From positions 93,858-157,857 of the forward strand of contig JBCBZT010000013.1 in assembly GCA_039815185.1 (NCBI GenBank): a stretch of 64,000 bases of DNA. The letters run 5' to 3'. A model generated the notes under the pieces. That model was not told where the DNA came from. It saw nothing but the letters and a program-made list of their open reading frames with translations, and ran no database searches. How positions within the stretch are numbered: position 1 is the stretch's first letter; each line of letters opens with the position of its first letter. The position numbers and the translations under genes were made by a program. Below, piece after piece: positions 1 to 10,105 of the stretch. Origin of the DNA: Cyanobacteria bacterium P01_A01_bin.123 (GTDB taxonomy: Bacteria; Cyanobacteriota; Cyanobacteriia; Phormidesmidales; Phormidesmidaceae).

Positions 1-171
1 GACGAAACCACCGTTGCTTACATCACTGGGAATGGTCTCAAAACCCAAGAGGCAGTGCAGGGCTACATCGGTGAACCGTTTACCATTGAGCCCAAGCTCG
101 ACAGCTTTGAGCGTGCCCTAGAGCGTGCCCGCACCCTGGATCGCTTAGAGTGGCAGCAAGTTTTGGTTTAG
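1..171 (+). CDS. thrC: Threonine synthase (PLP fold type II), 3' end only
   Basis: Frame 1 reads DETTVAYITGNGLKTQEAV...LDRLEWQQVLV*. ITGNGLK is the ThrC C-terminal motif, and a MoaD/ThiS gene follows, as in other cyanobacteria. Confidence 0.85.
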   Translation, partial: DETTVAYITGNGLKTQEAVQGYIGEPFTIEPKLDSFERALERARTLDRLEWQQVLV

Positions 172-204
172 ATGATTACGCCTGTTCCTATTCAATTTCA
201 ACCT

Positions 205-480
205 ATGACTATTAAAGTTCTCATTCCAACCCCGCTTCAAAAGTTCACCAACAATCAGGCCACCCTTGAATGTGAAGGCGGCAATATTGTAGAACTACTC
301 GACAAGATAGAAGCAACCTGCCCGGGCATCAAGGCCCGTTTATGCGACGACAAGGGTGAGCTGCGTCGCTTCGTCAACTTCTATGTGAATAGCGAAGACA
401 TTCGTTTCTTAGAGGGCAAAGATACTGCCCTTAATGAGGGTGACGAAGTCAGCATTGTTCCTGCTGTCGCTGGGGGCTGA
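205..480 (+). CDS. MoaD/ThiS family ubiquitin-like sulfur-carrier protein
   Basis: [13 protein letters not shown]...[16 protein letters not shown]...[11 protein letters not shown] with C-terminal Gly-Gly. The ATG at 205 is preferred over 172. Confidence 0.9.
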   Translation: MTIKVLIPTPLQKFTNNQATLECEGGNIVELLDKIEATCPGIKARLCDDKGELRRFVNFYVNSEDIRFLEGKDTALNEGDEVSIVPAVAGG

Positions 481-496
481 TATCTTCTAGTCTCCC

Positions 497-1123
497 TTAG
501 CCAGCTGCTTTTGAGACAGAAGTAGATTGTTTCATCGCAGCGAGCAGGCTTGAAAGGGCGTGATCTTCAGAGGGGTTAACCTTGCGATCGAGCAAGGCAA
601 GACTAACGGCTTTTGGCAGGGCAACAGCTGCCACATCGTCGTCAATGGATTCCATCAGTAACTCTAAGGATTGGGGCACCTTAAGAGCCGATTGGATACC
701 GTCGATTAGGGTTTCTTCAAATCCAATGTCTTCCAGTTCGGGCTTTAATCTGTCCCAGTCCACCGTACTGTTTGGGTCGCCCACTTGAATCACATAGGCA
801 AGCAGGCGTTGTAGCTGAGTTTGTTGCTTTGTTGAGAATTTATGCATGACCTGGGAACTGTTTACTTTGACGGTTCCAGCGTCATCCCCCAAACTCACCA
901 GAATCTTTTCCCAGTCTTTGGTGTCACAGGCTTCTGGCTTACCCACGGTTAAACTCAGTTGAATTTGGTTGGATGCAGAGGCAAGCTGGGTGACCTGGGC
1001 CTCAACCCCCAAAAAGCCTAACCACTGGGCAATGGTTTTTACCAGCACTGGGCGGGTGGCTTGGCTACCCGCGAGAAGCCGAATTTGGGTGCGCACCATT
1101 GGCCGCACAATTTGCGTCAGCAT
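497..1123 (-). CDS. Hypothetical protein (cyanobacterial-type)
   Basis: Clean 208-aa ATG ORF with normal composition and no recognised motif. Confidence 0.7.
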   Translation of the reverse strand: MLTQIVRPMVRTQIRLLAGSQATRPVLVKTIAQWLGFLGVEAQVTQLASASNQIQLSLTVGKPEACDTKDWEKILVSLGDDAGTVKVNSSQVMHKFSTKQQTQLQRLLAYVIQVGDPNSTVDWDRLKPELEDIGFEETLIDGIQSALKVPQSLELLMESIDDDVAAVALPKAVSLALLDRKVNPSEDHALSSLLAAMKQSTSVSKAAG

Positions 1124-1280
1124 AGGGCAATATCACAGAACTTTTTTTAACCTCTCACACTATATCGAATCTGCGATCGCGTCACCGCCCTCTGTGTACA
1201 ATTCGAGCCCCTCGTCTGCCATGACAAGCCCTGGTTCCTATTCGAAGGAGTATCGGCAGGGAGGGGTTCCGACTACCTAT

Positions 1281-2579
1281 TTATCTATCTACAGAGGCAC
1301 CTGCATGTGGCACTGCCTGGCTTGCTTGAATCTGCTGAGACAACGCATTGAGTGCTTGTGCATACTGCGGGTCTTCAAGCGTGCCAATCTTGTCGCGGTC
1401 TTGCAACAGCACTTCTTGTTCTGCTTCGGTCAGTTCAACCTCAATATCAGGGGCGATGCCTTCGTGATTAATATCGCGCCCGCTAGGGGTTAAATATTTC
1501 GCAACCGTCACGGCTAAGGCAGAGCCATCTTGCAATCCCCTCACCGATTGCACCAAGCCTTTACCAAAGGTTTGGGTGCCGACGAGGACTGCTCTATCAT
1601 TATCTTGGAGTGCTCCAGATAAGATTTCGCTGGCGCTGGCCGAACCGCCGTCAACCAAGATTACTAAGGGCTGATCAGTGAGCGCGCGATTATTCGCAAC
1701 TTCTTCTTCTTCAATACCTTCACGATATATCGTAGAAACAATGCCGCCCTCATTCATCCACATGCGGGCAATGTCAATGCTGGAGTAAAGCAACCCACCT
1801 GGATTTGCCCGTAAATCTAAGATGTAGCCTGTGACGCCCTGGGATTCTAAGTCTTCAATGGCTTCCTGCATTTCAGCTGCGGCATTGGCGCTAAATTGGG
1901 TCAAGCGGATATAGCCTACACCACCTTCTGGCCCTTCCTCATAGCTATAGCGAACCGGATGAATTTCAATGCGGGCTCGTTTGAGGGTCAGTTCTAAGGT
2001 TTCTTCACCGCGCTTGAGGGTGAGGCTTACGTCACTGTTAACGGGTCCTCGAATGCGGCTGACCACATCATTGAGATCCATGCCCTCAGTGCTTTCTCCA
2101 TCCACTGATAAAATAATGTCTTGGGCTCGGATCCCAGCTTCAAAGGCGGGGGTATCTTCAATTGGGGAAACGACCACGATTTCGTCGGTCTCTTCTTCTT
2201 GAGTAATTTGAATCCCGACTCCGGTGAGTTCACCAGACGTTTCGACTTGCATGTTGCGATATTCTTCTGGATCCATGAAGCGAGTATAAGGATCCTCGAG
2301 TTGCTCCAGCATTTCGCGAATGGCATCATAGGCTTCTTCGCGATCGCTGTAGGTTCGCTCCAGATATTCCATTCTTACGGCTTGCCAGTCAACCTGGTTG
2401 AACGTGTCGTCTACGTAGTTGCGATCAATCAACTGCCAGACTTCATCGACCAGCTCTTTAGGACCATCTTGAAAAAATGCCTTACTTTGGGATAGGTGAA
2501 TCCCGGCACCAGTGACCACCACCGTCGCAACCGCAAGGGCTGTAGCGCCCAAAACAAGACCACGCTTCATGATTCGCAT
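1281..2579 (-). CDS. ctpC: Carboxyl-terminal processing protease (S41A, PDZ), CtpC-like, copy 1
   Basis: Signal/TM segment, DPYTRF, PDZ (GVGIQI), LDLRANPGG, catalytic SASASE and TFGKG motifs. Confidence 0.85.
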   Translation of the reverse strand: MRIMKRGLVLGATALAVATVVVTGAGIHLSQSKAFFQDGPKELVDEVWQLIDRNYVDDTFNQVDWQAVRMEYLERTYSDREEAYDAIREMLEQLEDPYTRFMDPEEYRNMQVETSGELTGVGIQITQEEETDEIVVVSPIEDTPAFEAGIRAQDIILSVDGESTEGMDLNDVVSRIRGPVNSDVSLTLKRGEETLELTLKRARIEIHPVRYSYEEGPEGGVGYIRLTQFSANAAAEMQEAIEDLESQGVTGYILDLRANPGGLLYSSIDIARMWMNEGGIVSTIYREGIEEEEVANNRALTDQPLVILVDGGSASASEILSGALQDNDRAVLVGTQTFGKGLVQSVRGLQDGSALAVTVAKYLTPSGRDINHEGIAPDIEVELTEAEQEVLLQDRDKIGTLEDPQYAQALNALSQQIQASQAVPHAGASVDR

Positions 2580-2931
2580 AAGAACTAATCAATGGATGTA
2601 AGGTACGCCCAATCTAGCACAACCCCAAAAAATCGTTGGCTTCCGATTACGGCAAGCTTGGCAGATAATCTGGAAAGCCATCAAATGCATATAGAGGCTT
2701 GACTGTGCTGACTTCTCAAGCACCACTATAGATATCAATATCCTAGAACCTTCTCCGAAGAATGGGTAGAGGAATGGGGAGTAGTTATTGGCTCCCCTGC
2801 CATAACCATGAAATGAGAAAATTAGAGGAAGGCCGCGATCGCAGCCTACCTCTAATTGGACAATTTGCAAAAGTGGGATGATCCTGTCAATACAGGTTTG
2901 AAATATTCCTTAAACGGCTCCAAACTCGGGC

Positions 2932-4245
2932 TTAATCAGCAGGGGTATCTGCATAGGCTGTCTCACGGCTGGCTTGAATCTGTTGAGACAATACCTCAAG
3001 GGCTTGTGCGTACTGTGGGTCTTCAACGGTGCCTATCTTGTCTCGGTTTTGTGATAGAAACTCCTGTTGTTCTTCGGTGAGTTCAACCTCAACGTCAGGA
3101 GCAATGCCTTGCTTATTAATATCGCGACCGCTAGGGGTTAAATACTTAGCAACAGTGACAGCTAAGCCAGACCCATCGCGCAAACTTCTCACCGATTGCA
3201 CCAAGCCCTTACCAAAGGTTTGGGTACCGACGAGTAGTGCTCGACTATTGTCTTGGAGCGCCCCAGATAAGATTTCACTAGCACTAGCCGAACCCCCATC
3301 TACCAAGATTACTAAGGGCTGATCGGTAAGGGCTCGATTATTCGCAGCTTCTTCTTCTGAAATGCCTTGACGATCGACTGTTGAGACAATAATGCCTTCA
3401 TCAAACCACATGCGAGCAATGTCAATGCTGGAGTAGAGCAACCCACCCGGATTTGCCCGTAAATCCAAGATGTAGCCTGTGACCCCCCGTCCTTCCAAAT
3501 CTTCGATAGCTTCTTTCATCTCAGCCGCCGCATTGGCGCTAAATTGAGTCAGGCGAATGTAGCCTACGCCGCCTTCTGGCCCTTCCTCATAGCTGTAGCG
3601 AACTGGGTGAATTTCAATGCGTGCCCGTTCAATGATGAAATCTAGGGTTTCATCCTCACGCTTGAGCGTGAGGGTCACTTCACTCCCCACTGGCCCCCGA
3701 ATACGATTGACGACATCGTTGAGATCCATCCCCTCGGTGCTTTCTCCATCAATAGACAAAATTCTGTCTTGGGAACGCACGCCAGCTTCAAAAGCGGGTG
3801 TGTCTTCAATTGGGGAAACGACCACGATTTCGTCGGTCTCTTCTTCCTGGGAAATTTGAATACCAACCCCAGTCAGTTCACCCGAAGTGTCGATTTGCAT
3901 ATTGCGAAACTCTTCCGGATCCATAAAGCGAGTGTAAGGATCCTCAAGTTGCTCCAACATTTCGCGAACAGCATCGTAGGCTGCTTCACGATCACTGTAG
4001 GTTTGCTCTAAATATTCCATTCTTACGGCCTGCCAGTCGACCTGGTTAAACGTGCCGTCTACGTAGTTGCGGTCGATTAGCTGCCAAACTTCATCAACTA
4101 ACTCTTTGGGACTGTCTTGGAAAAACGCCTTACTTTGAGACAGATGGATGCCTGCACCAGTAACAGCCACTGCTGCAACCGCAAGGGCTGTAGCGCCCAA
4201 GACAAGACCGCGTTTCATAGTTAGCATGGAAGAATGAATGGTCAA
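2932..4245 (-). CDS. ctpC: Carboxyl-terminal processing protease (S41A, PDZ), CtpC-like, copy 2
   Basis: Same intact motifs as copy 1 and highly similar along its whole length. The start may be the ATG at 4227 or 4218. Confidence 0.85.
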   Translation of the reverse strand: MTIHSSMLTMKRGLVLGATALAVAAVAVTGAGIHLSQSKAFFQDSPKELVDEVWQLIDRNYVDGTFNQVDWQAVRMEYLEQTYSDREAAYDAVREMLEQLEDPYTRFMDPEEFRNMQIDTSGELTGVGIQISQEEETDEIVVVSPIEDTPAFEAGVRSQDRILSIDGESTEGMDLNDVVNRIRGPVGSEVTLTLKREDETLDFIIERARIEIHPVRYSYEEGPEGGVGYIRLTQFSANAAAEMKEAIEDLEGRGVTGYILDLRANPGGLLYSSIDIARMWFDEGIIVSTVDRQGISEEEAANNRALTDQPLVILVDGGSASASEILSGALQDNSRALLVGTQTFGKGLVQSVRSLRDGSGLAVTVAKYLTPSGRDINKQGIAPDVEVELTEEQQEFLSQNRDKIGTVEDPQYAQALEVLSQQIQASRETAYADTPAD

Positions 4246-4450
4246 TAAAGAGTAAGCTCAATCTAGCACAATCGGAAAAAATCAAAGACTAGCGATTGTA
4301 TCAAAGGTTGCTACCAATGGTAGTTGAGAATACCTTTTAACTCAGCTACCAATTGATACTTCAAATTTAGCCTGCCCATAACCGGAATAATTTCAACGCC
4401 TAGGCCAAAGGCCGCGACGGCTCTTCTAAGGAAGATACGGCCTCTAAGGG

Positions 4451-4472
4451 GGTGGCTATACCAATAGCCACC
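4451..4472 (-). terminator. Hairpin immediately downstream of ispG
   Basis: GGTGGCTAT-acca-ATAGCCACC, a perfect 9-bp stem. No clear U-tract. Confidence 0.45.
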
Positions 4473-4477
4473 ATGTT

Positions 4478-5704
4478 TTAGTCTGGTTCTATCCAGCGGT
4501 CATCAGCCTTAATCAAATTAATTAATTCTTCAACACCCTGATCTTCAGGGACGCGCTTGATTTCTTCGCGTCCCCGATAGAGCGAAATGTATCCAGGTTG
4601 TTTACCCACATAGCCGTAGTCTGCATCGGCCATTTCCCCAGGACCGTTGACGATGCAGCCCATGACAGCAATGTCTAACCCGGTGAGATGGCTAGTGGCT
4701 TCACGCACTTGATGTAGCACCTCTTCTAGGTTAAATAGCGTGCGCCCACAGGAGGGACAGGCCACATACTCCACCATGGTTTTCCGCAGCCCTAAGGCTT
4801 GCAAAATGCTGTAGCAAACCGGGATTTCTTTCTCTGGCTTTTCAGTAAGCGAGACTCGAATCGTGTCGCCGATGCCTTCAGCCAGCAATGTGCCGATGCC
4901 TGCGGTCGACTTGATCCGACCATATTCTCCGTCTCCAGCTTCAGTAACGCCGAGGTGTAGGGGGTAGTCCATCCCTTCGTCGTTCATGCGCTTCACCATC
5001 AGCCGATAAGCAGCCAACATCACAGGGACGCGGGACGCTTTAAGGGAAATGACTAGATTGTAGAAGTCTAGGGATTCACAAATACGGATGAATTCGAGGG
5101 CTGATTCAACCATGCCCTCTGGGGTATCGCCATAGGTAAACAGCATACGCTCGGCCAAAGACCCATGATTGACGCCAATGCGCATCGCCTTGCCCTGATC
5201 TCGCAGTGAAATCACTAGGGGTTCTAAGGTTTCGCGAATCTTCGTGCCAATGTCTTGAAATTCAGATGAGGTATATTCTTCGCGATCCTCTTTGGGTTTT
5301 TCAAAGACGTAGAGGCCTGGATTGATGCGTACCTTGTCTACATGCTTAGCAACTTCTAGGGCGATTTTCATGCCGTTGTGATGAACATCGGCGACTAGGG
5401 GAACAGCCTGATAGGTGGCAATCAGCTTTTGCTTAATCTCAGCTAGGGCTTTAGCGTGGGCCATACTTGGTACGGTGACCCGAACGATTTCGCAACCGAT
5501 TTCATGGAGTCGGCGAATGGCCGCAACTGAGCCCTCAATATCGAGGGTGTCTTCATTAATCATGGATTGAACCACCACCGGATGGTTGCCACCAATGGTG
5601 ATAGCCCCGACTGCCACAGGACGAGTTTTGCGGCGATGGATGGTGGTGTCGAAGGCGGGTGCTGTTGGGGTCTTTGAAATGGGGGGAGTTGGCAAAGTCT
5701 GCAT
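4478..5704 (-). CDS. ispG: (E)-4-hydroxy-3-methylbut-2-enyl-diphosphate synthase
   Basis: [49 protein letters not shown] and [10 protein letters not shown]. Start taken at MQTLP (5704). Confidence 0.97.
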   Translation of the reverse strand: MQTLPTPPISKTPTAPAFDTTIHRRKTRPVAVGAITIGGNHPVVVQSMINEDTLDIEGSVAAIRRLHEIGCEIVRVTVPSMAHAKALAEIKQKLIATYQAVPLVADVHHNGMKIALEVAKHVDKVRINPGLYVFEKPKEDREEYTSSEFQDIGTKIRETLEPLVISLRDQGKAMRIGVNHGSLAERMLFTYGDTPEGMVESALEFIRICESLDFYNLVISLKASRVPVMLAAYRLMVKRMNDEGMDYPLHLGVTEAGDGEYGRIKSTAGIGTLLAEGIGDTIRVSLTEKPEKEIPVCYSILQALGLRKTMVEYVACPSCGRTLFNLEEVLHQVREATSHLTGLDIAVMGCIVNGPGEMADADYGYVGKQPGYISLYRGREEIKRVPEDQGVEELINLIKADDRWIEPD

Positions 5705-5823
5705 ATGCCCTAAGCCTTGATGGCGTCGATAAATCAGTGGTTTAAGTATCAATCTCCAGGTTGCCACAGAAAGGGGCGAATTCAGTGCTGTCAGGAGCAC
5801 AATGTTGCAATCTCACCCGGTAT

Positions 5824-6294
5824 TTAAGTGAGTTTCGCAGTGCATTCTAGGATCAGCCGTTGATTAACCAAGGCGTGAGGCTGGACGGTCAAGGCTTTTT
5901 GAAAGGCTTGAATGGCAGCTGTGTAGTTGCCCAGGGCTGCATGGCAAAGCCCTAACCCGTGTAAGGCGCCAAAATGATAGGGAATCCGCTCAATTACGGC
6001 TTGACAATCTGCGATCGCTCGCCAGTAGTTTCGCTGACTGTAGTGCAGCACGGCCCGGCGGTTCCAAGCTTCTGCAAAATCAGGCTGGTCGCGAATTAAC
6101 TTTGATAGCAAGGCCTCTGCATCTTCAATGCATCCTTTTTGCAGCAATTCCTGACTTTGAATCAACAGCCGTGCGCCATAGATTCCTTTTTGTTGAAACC
6201 AAAGTTGCCAAAGGGTTTCAGTCGCTTCTGTGCGAATGGTTTCATCAGAATCTTGGAGAGCTTCTAATAAGGACTGGATTAGGGCGTCATCCAT
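5824..6294 (-). CDS. Tetratricopeptide repeat protein
   Basis: PDFAEAWNRRA and PYHFGALHGLGLC are TPR signatures. Confidence 0.85.
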   Translation of the reverse strand: MDDALIQSLLEALQDSDETIRTEATETLWQLWFQQKGIYGARLLIQSQELLQKGCIEDAEALLSKLIRDQPDFAEAWNRRAVLHYSQRNYWRAIADCQAVIERIPYHFGALHGLGLCHAALGNYTAAIQAFQKALTVQPHALVNQRLILECTAKLT

Positions 6295-6807
6295 ATAGCC
6301 AGCGCTTTGTTCTTGAATTTCCTAACTTCTTAGTTTAAGCGTTGTTTTACTTTGAGCGGGTCAACGCTACTCGTGATCTGACTAACGTCTAATTGAACGA
6401 CCAGTAACGTGAGGAAAAGCAAAGCAAACCATCTTGGGCAATGCGTTTACAGGGCATTTCTACTAGGGAGTCCTGCCGTATATGAAGAAACATTGAAATC
6501 AGTTTATTTTAGTTAACAACAAGAAGTGGGCGGGCAACTTGATAGAGTCAGTCCCGAATGAATCCAAAGTGGCGTTATCGTTCATCGATAGAAGCCACTC
6601 GTGAGCCTCAAAAATTGCGCTAAACAGCGTAGAGAGATTGAAACTTCATTTGGGCAGTCTTATAAGGCATGGGTCAGATCGACGGTGAATTAAACCTGCG
6701 ATGGTCAAAGAATGGCCCCTCAGGGCTATTGCTCATTCGTGGCATCACATCACCTAGGTCTATGTCAAATTCAATTGCAGTTCTTTATTGAAAGGGGTTC
6801 TAAACCA

Positions 6808-7026
6808 ATGGCTGTTGAAAAAGTAAACTCTTCGTCTAGCTTGGCTGAAGTCGTTGATCGCATTTTGGACAAGGGCATTGTTGTCGATGCTTGGGTTCGC
6901 GTTTCTTTGGTGGGTATTGAGCTACTCGCCATCGAAGCTCGTGTGGTGATCGCGTCTGTTGATACCTATCTAAAGTACGCCGAAGCTGTCGGCCTAACTG
7001 CTCAGGCTGCTGTCCCTGCGGCATAG
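6808..7026 (+). CDS. gvpA: Major gas vesicle structural protein GvpA
   Basis: [63 protein letters not shown]. Purine-rich RBS-like AAAGGGG upstream. Confidence 0.98.
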   Translation: MAVEKVNSSSSLAEVVDRILDKGIVVDAWVRVSLVGIELLAIEARVVIASVDTYLKYAEAVGLTAQAAVPAA

Positions 7027-7055
7027 GTTCTCCACGCTTAGTGAAGATCGCTTAC

Positions 7056-7112
7056 CCCTCGGCGATTTGGGCTTAAGTTGGGTCGCGCCAACCTAGGGCT
7101 AATTGCTGAGGG
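7056..7112 (+). terminator. Long stem-loop after gvpA (partial terminator or mRNA stabiliser)
   Basis: CCCTCGGCGATT pairs with AATTGCTGAGGG (including G-U pairs), with an inner GTTGG/CCAAC stem. Confidence 0.55.
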
Positions 7113-7147
7113 ATGATCAAGATTGAAATGTTAACCGTTTTAAGGGG

Positions 7148-8110
7148 GTGGCTTCTGTGGCGGCACTTCGAGATCAATGGCAGGCTCAACGGCGTCAACG
7201 TCAGGAGACGATGATTGAACGTCAGCAGGCCGTACAGGCGTCGCTTGCCGCATTACAACAGCAGCGTCAACAGCAGGCGTTGCAGACCCGGCAGCAGTTG
7301 CAGCAATTTACCAATTCACGATCGCAGATGGCCGCTCAACTTCATCGCGATCTACGTCAGTTTCACGATGAGCTACAGGTGCTTGTGAGCGACCTACGCC
7401 TTGACTTGCAGCAGCAACTGCAGGTGATGCAGGCGGGAGTCGCCCACACTTTGGCAGAGCACCGTCAAGCCAGACGCCAGGAGGGGGAACAAACTCGCGC
7501 CGAGCTGTCTGCCTATGTGGGCGATTTACAGATCGAAGTGAGCACCTATCTCGATGCTTTGGCCCAGGTGCGCCAAGCTCAAGCGGCTGAGCTGCAGCAA
7601 AAGCTGAGTCAAGATCGACAGACGGGCATTGAGACCGTGAATGCCATGTTTGTTGAGCTGGCAGATTTCCGCGAAGAACTGACGGCCTATCGCCACACAC
7701 TTGCTCAAGCGGTGTGGGGCGATGCCCAGCTGATTGATGAGCCAGCGCTAGTTGTGCCGTCAGTAGCGTCAAAAGTGGCACCATCGCCAGCCAAGATTGT
7801 GGCATCATCCCGTCCCGCAGCCGCCCCTAAAGTGGCATCAGGTGGGGCTCCTTCGCCTACAGTGATCCCATCTTTAGAAAAGCCCAGGGTTGCTAAAGCG
7901 ACAAAGCCTAGCAAATCAAAATCAGAATTGATTGAAGAGGCGATCTATCAGTATTTGCAAGCCAATACCGGGGCTAAGCTAACTGAGATTGAATCGACTC
8001 TAGAAATAAACCGTTTTCAAGCGGTTGAAGCGCTGCGATCGCTAATTCAAAAGCAGTTGGTTGTGCAGCGCGATCGCGTCTACCGAATTAATGAGGAAGC
8101 CGTACTGTGA
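7148..8110 (+). CDS. gvpC: GvpC-like gas vesicle outer protein with an extra C-terminal winged-helix-like domain
   Basis: Lies between gvpA and gvpN. Q/R/A/L-rich helical repeats with 33-aa periodicity (VAHTL/VSTYL/VNAMF), then a Pro/Ala/Lys linker and a ~60-aa C-terminal domain. Confidence 0.75.
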   Translation: MASVAALRDQWQAQRRQRQETMIERQQAVQASLAALQQQRQQQALQTRQQLQQFTNSRSQMAAQLHRDLRQFHDELQVLVSDLRLDLQQQLQVMQAGVAHTLAEHRQARRQEGEQTRAELSAYVGDLQIEVSTYLDALAQVRQAQAAELQQKLSQDRQTGIETVNAMFVELADFREELTAYRHTLAQAVWGDAQLIDEPALVVPSVASKVAPSPAKIVASSRPAAAPKVASGGAPSPTVIPSLEKPRVAKATKPSKSKSELIEEAIYQYLQANTGAKLTEIESTLEINRFQAVEALRSLIQKQLVVQRDRVYRINEEAVL

Positions 8111-9432
8111 CCACCGTTCTGCAAGCCCGCCCCCGCAACTTTGTCAGCACCCCCGCGATTGAACGGCTGACGATACGTGCTCTACGTTATCTACAATCTG
8201 GTTATTCCATTCACCTCAAAGGTGCAGCGGGTACCGGCAAAACGACCCTTGGGTTACACCTGGCTGATTTGCTGGGTCGCCCAATCATGTTGCTATTTGG
8301 CGACGACGAATTCAAAACCTCTGACCTAATCGGCAACCAGTCCGGCTATACCCGTAAAAAAGTGGTAGACAATTTTATCCATAGCGTGGTCAAGGTAGAA
8401 GATGAACTGCGTCACAACTGGGTTGACTCTCGCCTTACCCTAGCGTGTCGCGAAGGGTTCACCATGGTTTACGACGAGTTCAATCGGTCTAGACCTGAAG
8501 TCAACAACGTTCTGCTGTCGGCATTGGAAGAAAAGCTGCTGGTGCTGCCGCCCAGCGGTAACCGACCGGAGTACATTCGCGTGAGTCCTCATTTCCGCGC
8601 CATCTTCACCTCTAATCCAGAGGAATACTGTGGTGTTCACGGTACCCAAGATGCCCTGCTAGACCGGGTGATTACCATCAACATGCCGGAACCCGATGAG
8701 CTCACTCAGCAGCAGATTTTGGTGCAAAAAGTTGGCATTGATTCAGCTGCAGCGCTGCTCGTGGTGCGTATTGTGCGGGCCTTGCAAGCCAGTGTAGAAA
8801 CCGATATGGTTTCTAGTCTGCGACCCAGCTTGATGATTGCCACCATTTGCCTTCAGCACGATATTCCAATCCTGGCCGAAAATCCCGACTTTCGTGATGT
8901 TTGCAGCGATATTTTGCTAACCCGCTCGGGGTTACCCCCGGCAGAGGCAACTCAACTGATGTGGGGCATTTTTAATGATTTTATTGTGGCTCAGGCAACG
9001 GCAGCGCCAGCGATAGTAGACTTAAATGCAATTGTGGGGGAAGCCAAGCTCTCTGGTGAAGGGGTTGAGGCGCAACCTGAGGAATATATTCAGGATGTAG
9101 AAGTTGAAGATCGAACTTCTAGCGCGATCGCAGTGACGGCTAAGGACGCTGCATTACCTGATTCAGAATCCCCGACTACTGAGGTTGACATCCAAGATGC
9201 TGTTAAATCCGATTCGGTAGCTGATACGATACCCCATCAAGCTGAGGTGCTAGACTTCTTGATGCAAAGGGAATCTGCCCGATTGGTGGAAATTGAAAAT
9301 GCGCTGTCGCTAAATCGATTTCAGGTGGTCAATATTCTTAGGTTGCTGATTGACGCTGGGTTGATTACCAAACAAGAATCGGCCGGAAAACCCTCTATCT
9401 ACACCTTTGAAGCGGCCCAAACGCCTGAATAA
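8107..9432 (+). CDS. gvpN: Gas vesicle AAA+ ATPase GvpN with C-terminal extension
   Basis: Walker [49 protein letters not shown] and QDALLDR. Overlaps the gvpC stop (GTGA). Confidence 0.95.
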   Translation: MTTVLQARPRNFVSTPAIERLTIRALRYLQSGYSIHLKGAAGTGKTTLGLHLADLLGRPIMLLFGDDEFKTSDLIGNQSGYTRKKVVDNFIHSVVKVEDELRHNWVDSRLTLACREGFTMVYDEFNRSRPEVNNVLLSALEEKLLVLPPSGNRPEYIRVSPHFRAIFTSNPEEYCGVHGTQDALLDRVITINMPEPDELTQQQILVQKVGIDSAAALLVVRIVRALQASVETDMVSSLRPSLMIATICLQHDIPILAENPDFRDVCSDILLTRSGLPPAEATQLMWGIFNDFIVAQATAAPAIVDLNAIVGEAKLSGEGVEAQPEEYIQDVEVEDRTSSAIAVTAKDAALPDSESPTTEVDIQDAVKSDSVADTIPHQAEVLDFLMQRESARLVEIENALSLNRFQVVNILRLLIDAGLITKQESAGKPSIYTFEAAQTPE

Positions 9433-9434
9433 TT

Positions 9435-9773
9435 GTGACCGGGACTCCCCCACCTCGCCCCCAATCTAATCGCATTACCACCTCTACCCAAGGCTCAACC
9501 CTGGTCGATGTGCTAGAGCGGGTTCTCGATAAAGGCATTGTGATCGCTGGAGATATTTCTGTTTCGGTTGGCTCTACCGAGCTGCTGAGCATTCGCATTC
9601 GCCTGCTCATTTCATCCGTAGATAAGGCAAAAGAAATGGGCATCAATTGGTGGGAGAGCGATCCCTATTTGAGTGGTCAATCCCAGCAGTTGCTCGAAGC
9701 CAATCGCCAGCTCCAGGGACGGATTGAGCATCTAGAGGCAGAGCTTAAAGCCCTGAAGTCCGCTGAGGAATAG
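9435..9773 (+). CDS. gvpJ: Gas vesicle protein GvpJ
   Basis: TQGSTLVDVLERVLDKGIVIAGDISVSVGSTELLSIRIRLLISSVDKAKEMGINWWESDPYL. Confidence 0.93.
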   Translation: MTGTPPPRPQSNRITTSTQGSTLVDVLERVLDKGIVIAGDISVSVGSTELLSIRIRLLISSVDKAKEMGINWWESDPYLSGQSQQLLEANRQLQGRIEHLEAELKALKSAEE

Positions 9774-9815
9774 CCAAAATTCCAGCGTATGTATGTTTGT
9801 AGAGAGCTGAGGCCA

Positions 9816-10007
9816 ATGTTAACGATTCGCACCATGAACCATGTGGCGACGAGCCGCACAATTCCAGGCTTTCGAGCGTGCCGTTCGCTCACTGGATGCC
9901 CCAGCATGATTCAAGATCAGGGGCGACAGATGGTGAACTATGCCAATGTTTTGACTAGAGATGCCCAGCGCAAGTGGCGTCGGTCCATGTGGGAAGGGCG
10001 CAGATAG
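9816..10007 (+). CDS. Small basic ORF between gvpJ and gvpK (possible accessory gvp gene)
   Basis: Co-oriented 63-72-aa ORF filling the gap. GAGG lies just upstream of the ATG at 9816. No recognisable motif. Confidence 0.4.
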   Translation: MLTIRTMNHVATSRTIPGFRACRSLTGCPSMIQDQGRQMVNYANVLTRDAQRKWRRSMWEGRR

Positions 10008-10105
10008 TTTGGATTGTGGGCAATCGCTCGATGTTAAGCCCGCTCAAGGTATTCAAGGGCTAAATCTAGGGCAGCCCTACAGGAGATGATTTACTCTGTG
10101 TAGGT

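Noticed and set aside
1969..4011. Similar-looking antisense ORFs repeated at about 2 kb and 3.7 kb
   Set aside because: They are shadows of the duplicated ctpC genes, not independent genes.
6712..6807. 32-aa N-terminal extension of GvpA in the ORF track
   Set aside because: The canonical MAVEK start at 6808 has an RBS-like sequence, so the extension is an artefact of longest-ORF calling.
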